Below, one piece after another: positions 19,107 through 26,414 of a DNA stretch of 64,000 nt. The first letter of the stretch is position 1. Every line of letters starts with the position of its first letter. The stretch covers positions 196,923 through 260,922 of the forward strand of contig JACKQB010000004.1 in assembly GCA_024233115.1 (NCBI GenBank), written 5' to 3'. Source of the DNA: Akkermansiaceae bacterium. GTDB lineage: Bacteria; Verrucomicrobiota; Verrucomicrobiia; Verrucomicrobiales; Akkermansiaceae. Below the pieces are notes generated by a model that was not told the origin of the DNA, made no database searches, and saw only the letters and a program-made list of their open reading frames with translations. Both the position numbers and the translations under genes were made by a program.

Positions 19107-20003
19107 ATGATCTCGCGAAAAACAGCGCTTACGATTGCCGACGCATACGTGAAGAAGTTCTCTGGTGGTGGAGGGCAATACTCGAGCGCGAAGGTGTATG
19201 CGACAAATCTTTACGACTTCCTTTACGGGAACGACTTTCAGTCCTGGTTCTGTAATGCGATCCGGACTCTAAACTACCCAAGGAATCTCAAGGATTGGAT
19301 CCTTCGGCTACACACCGGCGAGTCCCAGGTCAATGCGACGAAGAATTGGACCTGGGAGCAACGTCAAGCCCTTGGCCAGCGCTATCTTCATGACATCGCT
19401 GAAGCGTTTTTACATTGGTATTACACTGAGGCCGAAGATTACTACAAGCGGTCTTATGAGAAGATCGTGACATCAATGAAGAGGGCGCTTGAGCTTGACG
19501 GCTATGTCTACCGCGATGGCACGCTTCTTTTCCCCGAAGAGGATGTTCTCGACGTTGAAGAGGAAGTAGGAGTCCTCAATCGTCTCCACAAGGATCTGAA
19601 TCTAGGTAATCGAGAAGTTGCTTTTGAAGCTCTTAGGCTCTCCGAAGATCACTACCGTGCCGGACGTTGGTCGGATTGCATAGCTAATAGCCGGAAGTTT
19701 CTTGAATCGGTATTGCAGGAGATCGCCTCAAACCATTCACGGTTGAGTTCTGGCGAGGATCTAGCAGGTCGCACTTATTCTCGCCCAGTTGCGGTTCGCG
19801 ATTATCTTGAGCGCGAAGACTTGCTTGAGAAGCGCGAGCGCGAGGCTATCGACAAGATTTATGGATTGCTCAGCCACACGGGAAGTCACCCCTACATGGC
19901 GGAGTCGGATCAGGCACGCCTCCTGAGGCAACTCAGCCTCACGACTGCCCAGTTTGCGATGCTCAGGTTCGAGGGCTTCAGTAACTCAAAAACCAAGGCC
20001 TAA
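19107..20003 (+). CDS. Hypothetical protein with a C-terminal HEPN/DUF4145-like helical domain (Abi-like)
   Basis: It is AT-richer than the flanks. 'ALRLSEDHYRAGRWSDCIANSRKFLESVLQEI' followed by 'IYGLLSHTGSHP' resembles the helix-pair plus R..H layout of HEPN/DUF4145 modules. The N-terminal half is unrecognised. Confidence 0.5.
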   Translation: MISRKTALTIADAYVKKFSGGGGQYSSAKVYATNLYDFLYGNDFQSWFCNAIRTLNYPRNLKDWILRLHTGESQVNATKNWTWEQRQALGQRYLHDIAEAFLHWYYTEAEDYYKRSYEKIVTSMKRALELDGYVYRDGTLLFPEEDVLDVEEEVGVLNRLHKDLNLGNREVAFEALRLSEDHYRAGRWSDCIANSRKFLESVLQEIASNHSRLSSGEDLAGRTYSRPVAVRDYLEREDLLEKREREAIDKIYGLLSHTGSHPYMAESDQARLLRQLSLTTAQFAMLRFEGFSNSKTKA

Positions 20004-20004
20004 T

Positions 20005-20345
20005 CGGGTCCCCGTGACTGACTAGCGTCAGCCACGAGTCCCACACCACCGGACATACGGCTTTGCCTTCGGCTATGCGGAAGTGGCTGCGCCGGAGGGA
20101 TCGTGCATTGTATTCGGCGGTTCCAATCAGACTTCCTGAACGCTTCTTTGTTCAGGGTAATGAAGAGCGACCCATATCTCCTTCATGTTAGGGACTCCTT
20201 GCTCATCTAACCAACGGTTATTAAGCAGCAGCCTTACAAGTGAGTTGTTACTCATTCTCCAGCCTGGCCTCCATAGCTTCAGCGACGGAGGGTAGCCTTT
20301 GCTACTCCTGCGCGCCATATGAACCCGCTCCGGGAACACTCCCAA
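20005..20345 (-). mobile_element. Group II intron 3' fragment (reverse transcriptase/maturase C-terminal remnant plus domain V/VI-like RNA)
   Basis: The 72-aa ORF 20127-20345 ends '...RRSSKGY..WRMSNNSLVRLLLNNRWLDEQGVPNMKEIW', which resembles intron-encoded protein C-termini. Downstream on the minus strand, 'AAGCCGTATGTCC...GGACTCGTGGCT' (about 20030-20063) has the domain V 'AGCCGTAT' motif. A hairpin 'CTGACGCTAGTCAG' follows at 20017-20030. Confidence 0.5.
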
Positions 20346-20601
20346 TGCGAGAGCGTTTACAGAAGGTCTGTCCCGTAGTAGCGTTCAATGGCGGATTGAG
20401 CTGTTCGCGTCCACCGGCAAGAACCGCTATGGCGACGGCGGCTGCGACGTGGTAGACTTGGAGTTTGTCGTAGATGCGACAGTTTCATGGTAATTCGCCG
20501 GGCTAATCAAGCAGGGAAAAAGCTGCCCTGCTTGATTGCTCTGCCTTTTTGCTACGCATTTATTTCTGGCATTCTAGGCGACTCTAAGAAATCATCCCAT
20601 C

Positions 20602-22725
20602 ATGGCCAGCCCCGGAAAGATGTTCGCTGGAGTTGTCCCAGTAGCAGGGCAGATGTGCCGGTTGTTGATGTGTTTTGTTGGGGGGCTGGTTTTATTCGGG
20701 AGCGTTGTGCAGGCGTACGAGGGCTACTCCGACCCGCTCCGGCCTCCGCCAGCGGATGAGGTGTCCATGGTGTCGGAGATTCCGTTCTATAAAATTGGCG
20801 CGCGATTAAAGCGGATTGAGGAGCTGATTGAGCAGGAAAAACAGGCACTGGATGCATTGGCGCCGCTGCAACCTGCGAAGCAGTTCGATGCATTCGGTTA
20901 TCACAGTGATTACATCCCGGCGGTTGAAGGGGTGCCGGAGGAGCCGTTGTGGACCCTGGATTTTGTTCCTGGGGCTTTTCCTACCAGGGCCTTTGTTATG
21001 GTGCCTGCTCTCGATCAACGATCATCAGACCTTCGGGGTTATGCATTTCCGAAACGTTTTCGAATCTGTTCGGTCGATGACGGGGGAAAGCGAGGCAAGG
21101 TTCATGTCGATTGGACGAAGCAGGATTTTCCTGACCCCGGCATGCGCCCGGTTTATTTTGCTTTTCCTCCGGAAGCGGAGCCGATGGGAGTATTGCGACT
21201 GGAGGTTTTTGGTGGACATGAGGAAAATGGCCTCGAGTTTTTTTCACTGGGCAGGATACATCCGATCCGCCAGGGCGAAAAACAGAAGACCGTTGTCATG
21301 TCGGTTTCATCGAGCTTTGAGTCCGCACCTTACTGGAGTCAGAATTATCTGAGTTCTCCGCGACAGGTTCTTGGCATGCCGCTCTCGGCGCAGGGCGGCG
21401 TTGGCGGCAATCTGGTCATGGAGTTGCCGGCAGCGAGGTTGAAGAAGCCATTGCTGATCAGGGTGGAATTGAACAAAACGGAGCAACTAGGCTGGGTCAA
21501 CCTGTTTCCCGGGCAGAGTCCTGACAGGATCGATGTTCCGGGGTATGGCTTTCCGAAAGAGATGAAAATCCATCGCATTGTCCGAAAGAGTCCGCAGGGC
21601 AAGGAGCAGCGGTTTCTCCTGGTGGATCGTGACATGCTGAAGAATCCCGGCAACAACATGCTGCGGATAGCCGGTGGTGGCAGTCTGATTGATGCCCTGG
21701 AGATCGAGTGTAACGATTTTCCGGTGTATCAGGGGCAGGCGGTGCTGTCTCTTGGTGAAATTGAGATCATCAAGTCAGGGCGCAATTTGTCGAGAGGCCG
21801 GCGTGTAACACTTCGGGGTATTGGGCTGAAAGAGAGATCTGCATTGGGGGCGCTGGTTGATGGAAAGGTTGGGGGGCGGGATATTTTGCATGTTTCAAGA
21901 TGGCTGCGGCAACTTGCGGCGGGCAAACCACATGAGGTCCGGCTTGAGGGGCTGGAAGCCGAGCGACTGCGGTTGACAGAGCGGTGGCAGCTCATGCGTG
22001 AACGGGCGCTGGTCGCGCTGGGGCTGCTGGTTTTGGCGGGAGGACTGGCGGTTATTGTTTTCATGCGCCGCAGTAGAAAACGGGCACAGGTCAGATTACG
22101 CCGACAGATTCATTCTGATCTGCATGATGATGTGGGCAGCAGTCTCGGCAGTATTTCGCTGATTGCCGAGCAGCTGCGGCATGCCGATGTGAATGAGGAG
22201 GTTCGGGAGGATCTTTCCGATCTGGCGCTGATCTCCCGCGAGGCCTGGGCTTCCCTTCGTGAAGTTGTGTGGGTCATCGACAAGGACACGGTCCGCCTGC
22301 CTGTGCTGATTCATAAGCTGACGGAGCGAGCCCAACGTGTGCTGGTCGGGGTGGATGTGTCCGTTGAAGTTCCGCAGGATTGTCCGGATCGTGTCGTGTC
22401 GCTGACCTTCAAACGCCATATGATCATGTTCTTCAAGGAAGTCGTGCACAATTGCGCCCGCCATGCGCACGCCACCCAGGTCTGGTTGGATTTCCGGATT
22501 GTCGCGCAACAGCTGCAGGTGTCTGTCTGCGACAATGGCTGCGGTTTTGATTTGGCGGCAGCATCAACAGGGCAGGGGCTGGAAAGCATCAGAAACCGTG
22601 CGCAGGAAATGGGTGGCGACCTTGATCTGGACGCGTCCCCCGGCGAGGGCACCCGGGTGGTTCTGAGGGTTCCCTTAAAGGCATTGTTGAATCAAACAGA
22701 TCACTCCTATAAAACATCGAACTGA
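20602..22725 (+). CDS. Sensor histidine kinase (HisKA_3/NarX-type) with a large N-terminal extracytoplasmic domain
   Basis: It has a signal/TM segment, a periplasmic region of about 430 aa with no recognised family, and a TM helix 'ALVALGLLVLAGGLAVIVFM'. It has the H-box 'IHSDLHDDVGSSLGSI' and the ATPase motifs 'DNGCGF' and 'GQGLESIRNRAQEMGG'. Confidence 0.85.
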   Translation: MASPGKMFAGVVPVAGQMCRLLMCFVGGLVLFGSVVQAYEGYSDPLRPPPADEVSMVSEIPFYKIGARLKRIEELIEQEKQALDALAPLQPAKQFDAFGYHSDYIPAVEGVPEEPLWTLDFVPGAFPTRAFVMVPALDQRSSDLRGYAFPKRFRICSVDDGGKRGKVHVDWTKQDFPDPGMRPVYFAFPPEAEPMGVLRLEVFGGHEENGLEFFSLGRIHPIRQGEKQKTVVMSVSSSFESAPYWSQNYLSSPRQVLGMPLSAQGGVGGNLVMELPAARLKKPLLIRVELNKTEQLGWVNLFPGQSPDRIDVPGYGFPKEMKIHRIVRKSPQGKEQRFLLVDRDMLKNPGNNMLRIAGGGSLIDALEIECNDFPVYQGQAVLSLGEIEIIKSGRNLSRGRRVTLRGIGLKERSALGALVDGKVGGRDILHVSRWLRQLAAGKPHEVRLEGLEAERLRLTERWQLMRERALVALGLLVLAGGLAVIVFMRRSRKRAQVRLRRQIHSDLHDDVGSSLGSISLIAEQLRHADVNEEVREDLSDLALISREAWASLREVVWVIDKDTVRLPVLIHKLTERAQRVLVGVDVSVEVPQDCPDRVVSLTFKRHMIMFFKEVVHNCARHAHATQVWLDFRIVAQQLQVSVCDNGCGFDLAAASTGQGLESIRNRAQEMGGDLDLDASPGEGTRVVLRVPLKALLNQTDHSYKTSN

Positions 22726-22726
22726 C

Positions 22727-23365
22727 ATGACGAATATGAACATTTGGTTAGTTGAAGACGATTCCGGCTATCGTCGGACTTTGCAGCGCCTTTTGAACCG
22801 GGAGGAAAAGATGGCTTGTGGTCAGGTCTTTTCGTCATGCAACACCCTCTTTGAAGCCCTTGCGACTGAGTCGCATCCGGATCTGGTCATGATGGATCTC
22901 GGCTTGCCGGGGATGGGTGGTGTAGAAGGTATCCAAAAACTGGCGGAGCTAGCGCCGGATGTGGCCGTGGTGGTTTTGACGGTTTTTTCAGAAAAGGAAA
23001 AGGTGCTCGACGCCTTGGATGCGGGGGCTGCCGGGTATCTTTTGAAATCGGCGACGCCCAAGGAAATCATCCGTGGCTTGAAAGATGTCTTCGAGGGCGG
23101 GGCAGCGTTGAGCCCCGCCGTTGCGAAAACGGTAATCCGTGAAATGCACATATCCAAACCAACGGAGCAATTTGGTTTGTCGCAGAGGGAAATGGAGGTG
23201 ATCAAGCTTTTGGCCGAGGGGCTTGCGGTCAAGCAAATCGCTGACGAGCTGGGTGTCAGCTACTTCACGGTCAATTTTCATGTCAAAAATCTCTATAAAA
23301 AACTGCACGTCCAATCACAGTCCGGTGCAGTGGCCAAGGCGTTCCGCTCCGGGCTGCTTGAGTAG
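22727..23365 (+). CDS. NarL/FixJ-family response regulator (REC + LuxR-type HTH)
   Basis: It has 'IWLVEDD', 'DLVMMDLGLPGMGG', and the HTH segment 'LSQREMEVIKLLAEGLAVKQIADELGVSYFTVNFHVKNLYKKL'. It starts 2 nt after the kinase stop. Confidence 0.9.
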   Translation: MTNMNIWLVEDDSGYRRTLQRLLNREEKMACGQVFSSCNTLFEALATESHPDLVMMDLGLPGMGGVEGIQKLAELAPDVAVVVLTVFSEKEKVLDALDAGAAGYLLKSATPKEIIRGLKDVFEGGAALSPAVAKTVIREMHISKPTEQFGLSQREMEVIKLLAEGLAVKQIADELGVSYFTVNFHVKNLYKKLHVQSQSGAVAKAFRSGLLE

Positions 23366-23505
23366 GCAGATGGTCAACAGGCTGACCTACTAATATTAGC
23401 AGGTAGCCGCCAAGGGAGGATTTCGCTATTCTCAACAACAATCGGCCATCCCAACTGAACCGAGATGGGTTGGTTGATTCCATTAACACTTAACACAATA
23501 CTCAT

Positions 23506-24321
23506 ATGAAAACCCACCTAGTCACCATCAGCAGCGTTGCTGCAATCATCGCTTGTTCGCCCGTTCAAGCCGCTCTAGTCGATTTCACAGCTGGAGGAAC
23601 CTCAAACACCCTTCTTAGCTGGCGTAGAACAAATACTAACGGTGGAACTCCTACCATTGTTGTTGGTTCTACGAGCTTGTTGGAACGGACAAATGTTGCA
23701 CTTGGCAATAACGTCACCGCAAATATCTCGGTTACCACCGGGAATTCGAATGCTTATGTGACCTCAGGCAACGCAGGCTTGGGACTCGGTACCAGCCTTC
23801 CCACTACTGCTCAACAGTTGGGTGAGAACCAGTTGTTGATTTTCACATTCTCAAACGTTCAACTTAATGGTGGAGCTCTACCAGGAGGAGTAACAGTCAA
23901 TTTTGATCTAAATCATCTTCTCTGGACCGATGCGACTGGTCGGGGCTTTGTTTTTGACGGGAGTAACAATCGCCCCAGCTTTGCAGGCATTGGGGTTAAT
24001 GGCGCTGCCGATAGTACCACCGACGGTTTTTTAGATGATTCCTCTACCAATGCCACTTTAGGATCCGTTTCTAGCCATGATCTTGCTTTCTCGACAAGTG
24101 AAACGGCAGACACTTATGAACTTGCACCAAGCCAAACGTACAACTTCACAACCGAATTTCAATTGAGAAACAGAATTCATCCAACTATTACCCCCATCGA
24201 CGGCTCCGATACCTACTATGTTCAGGGTTTTGACATCACTGCGAACGTGGTTCCAGAACCGACGTCAACGGCACTGCTCGGTTTAGGAAGCGTTTTCTTA
24301 ATGCTTCGTCGCCGCAAGTAA
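23506..24321 (+). CDS. PEP-CTERM sorting domain-containing secreted protein
   Basis: It has a signal peptide and a C-terminal 'VPEPTSTALLGLGSVFLMLRRRK'. It is AT-richer than the window average. Confidence 0.8.
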   Translation: MKTHLVTISSVAAIIACSPVQAALVDFTAGGTSNTLLSWRRTNTNGGTPTIVVGSTSLLERTNVALGNNVTANISVTTGNSNAYVTSGNAGLGLGTSLPTTAQQLGENQLLIFTFSNVQLNGGALPGGVTVNFDLNHLLWTDATGRGFVFDGSNNRPSFAGIGVNGAADSTTDGFLDDSSTNATLGSVSSHDLAFSTSETADTYELAPSQTYNFTTEFQLRNRIHPTITPIDGSDTYYVQGFDITANVVPEPTSTALLGLGSVFLMLRRRK

Positions 24322-24353
24322 TTCCTGCAAATCAGGCTCATCGCTTCGGCTCG

Positions 24354-24686
24354 GTGATCGCTGATGTGCACCTGGCGTTCACCAATTCAGGGACAGACCT
24401 GAATGGCACCCGCTTCAAGGTCATCAGCATCCGCCGCATGCTGAACCACAGCAAGATCACCGATGCTAAACCGGCCGACGTCTCGGTGGTGGAGATCGAG
24501 GATACCGGCACCGGCAAACGCCGCAAAATGACCGCCCGCATCCCGGCCACCGCCGCCGAACCGTGGGCGGTGCTCCACAGCAAAACCAGCGGCCAGAGCT
24601 ACACCATCAGCGACGTCCGCCCCAACCAGATCGTGCTCACCCACGATGATACCGGTGAGGCGACGACAATTCCGTTAGGGCGATAA
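24354..24686 (+). pseudogene. Truncated duplicate of the ankyrin-lipoprotein C-terminal domain (gene fragment)
   Basis: From 'TRFKVISIRRMLNHSKITD' onward it matches the last ~110 codons of 17209-18780, apart from G->A and a clean 16-codon deletion. Ankyrin repeats, signal peptide and an ATG start are all absent. Confidence 0.6.
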
Positions 24687-24831
24687 CCTAACTATTATTT
24701 AGTTTGACCCACCCCAACAGAACTTACTACCCTCACAGCAAATAGATCGGGTAAACACTCTCTGCTTAATCATCCTAAACGGTCAAGCATCTGTAAGTTC
24801 CTATTACCCGAGTCAACGAATAGCAATGTTC
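24407..24831. repeat. Long direct repeat, copy B
   Basis: See copy A. The coding remnant runs straight into the module 'cctaactattatttagtttgac...caatgttc' with no 165-nt spacer. Confidence 0.85.
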
Positions 24832-24856
24832 TGCTAAAAATAAACAACATATAACT

Positions 24857-25219
24857 ATGAGTAACTACATTGACGGATTTCTATTACCTCTATCTAAAGA
24901 CAAGCTAAACGAATATTCCGCCATGGCTGACAAGGCTGGTGACATTTGGAAGGAATATGGTGCACTTGCTTACTGGGAGTGTGTTGCTGACGACCTAGAA
25001 GTTAAGGACATGATTTCATTCAAACAGTCAGCCAATGCTGGACCCGATGATACCGTTATCTTTGCTTGGGCAGTGTTCAAATCGCGTGAACATCGCGATG
25101 AAGTGAACGCCAAGATATTTGCAGATCCACGATTGCAAAATATGTGTGACCATGCAAACCCACCATTTGACCACCATAAAATGGCATATGGAGGATTTAG
25201 AACTCTAGTCAAAAAATAA
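24857..25219 (+). CDS. DUF1428 domain-containing protein
   Basis: 'YIDGFLLPLSKDKLNEY', 'WKEYGAL', 'ECVADD' and the 120-aa length fit DUF1428 (YbaA-like). The gene is markedly AT-rich. Confidence 0.7.
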   Translation: MSNYIDGFLLPLSKDKLNEYSAMADKAGDIWKEYGALAYWECVADDLEVKDMISFKQSANAGPDDTVIFAWAVFKSREHRDEVNAKIFADPRLQNMCDHANPPFDHHKMAYGGFRTLVKK

Positions 25220-25428
25220 AAATGCAGAACAAACCGCTGCATCCCGAAACTTCAAGCGCATCGAGTTCATCAGTTAGACCATTTAGACGGATCATTTGGC
25301 TAAATAACATGTAGTTTCCTGTAGCGAAGAGTCTACACCCTTCGTCAGTGAACGGATCATCGAAGCGCTCACCGACGAAGGATGAAAATCCTTCGCTACA
25401 CGAGCTGCGCCCCTGCAGATACTCGCAC
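25220..25428 (-). mobile_element. Group II intron 5' fragment (GUGCG start plus structured domain I-like RNA)
   Basis: The minus strand reads 'GTGCGAGTATCTGCAGGGGCGCAGCTCGTGTAGCGAAGG...CTTCGCTACAGG'. It contains nested helices: GTAGCGAAG/CTTCGCTAC, CGAAGGA/TCCTTCG and CGTCGGTGA/TCACTGACG. No coding potential is evident. Confidence 0.4.
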
Positions 25429-25508
25429 GGTGTGGTCCGTTTACTAAAGGTCTGTCCCGTAGTAGCGGTCCCGTAGTAGCGTGAGCGGCGGCGCACCTGT
25501 ATCCGCTA

Positions 25509-26237
25509 CTAGCGGCGGCGGCGCAGAACCAGTGCCATACCCGCAAGACCAAGCAGCGCGGAGGATGATGGCTCGGGGACTGTGTCGATGGTGAAACTTC
25601 CCGTACCAACATAGTAACTCGTATCCATTCCCATCTGGAGGCCGTCCGCATTGTTTGCAACGTAGGCCGCTGTCAGCGTCGGATCGAGTGCGTAATCATT
25701 GATGAGTTTGGTTGCGCCATGCATGAGATCCACCGTGCCAGCACCGTAATCAACAACAAGGCTAACATAGTTGGTTCCGTTAGACGCGCTAACGAATCCC
25801 CCTTTGGTGGTGGATACAATACCGTTCTGAACAATTTCCCAGTCGAGGCCATTCTTTTGGATACCCAACAGCATGGTGGTGCCATCGGCAATACCAGACG
25901 ACCACTTATAGTTGGCATCACCATCAATCCGAACTTTGATGTCGAGTGTGAGTGAGGTATTGGACGCATTCAGGACAGAAGACAGGTCCCTGGCAAGCGT
26001 TCTGACATGGGGGGTTCCAGCGACGTTAGAACCGTTGGTAAGGGTTGCAAAATAATAGCCGTCAAACGCACGAGTTTGCCAAGTGCCGTTACCTTCCCAT
26101 CCAGCATCGGTGATGGCGGTGTTATTAATGCCTGCACCAAGATCATTCTGGATGTCATAGACATAACTGGCAGCGGATGCCGTGGACATGAATGCAGCCG
26201 AGAAAATCAGCGCGGGGAGAAGTGTGTGTGTTTTCAT
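25509..26237 (-). CDS. PEP-CTERM sorting domain-containing secreted protein
   Basis: It has a signal peptide 'LIFSAAFMSTASA' and a C-terminal 'VPEPSSSALLGLAGMALVLRRRR'. Confidence 0.8.
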   Translation of the reverse strand: MKTHTLLPALIFSAAFMSTASAASYVYDIQNDLGAGINNTAITDAGWEGNGTWQTRAFDGYYFATLTNGSNVAGTPHVRTLARDLSSVLNASNTSLTLDIKVRIDGDANYKWSSGIADGTTMLLGIQKNGLDWEIVQNGIVSTTKGGFVSASNGTNYVSLVVDYGAGTVDLMHGATKLINDYALDPTLTAAYVANNADGLQMGMDTSYYVGTGSFTIDTVPEPSSSALLGLAGMALVLRRRR

Positions 26238-26414
26238 TGTTAAGTTGATGGTTCAATTTGTATTTTCGCACAGAGCCAGATACAATATCTCTGGCCTGAA
26301 CTTGTGTCTATACCAGATCTCCGACTTCCCTGTCTATGTCTCACGGAGTCAAAAGTATGACGTATCGTCTCAATTTGCTCGACTCGGTGCGGGGAGCTGT
26401 TTACACGGAGTACC

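Noticed and set aside
20385-20470. Possible IS5-family transposase C-terminal scrap on the minus strand ('NCRIYDKLQVYHVAAAVAIAVLAGG', reminiscent of '...ATRYDK....L..V.LA...IWL').
   Set aside because: Only about 25 residues are present, they are immediately preceded by a stop, and there are no DDE region or terminal inverted repeats. This is too short to call without a database search. I mention it only as context for the intron scars.
20505-20537. Perfect 12-bp hairpin 'aatcaagcaggg-aaaaagctg-ccctgcttgatt' upstream of the sensor kinase gene.
   Set aside because: It could be a terminator or a mobile-element end. However, no T-run follows it directly on either strand and no coding gene clearly terminates there, so its function cannot be determined from sequence alone.
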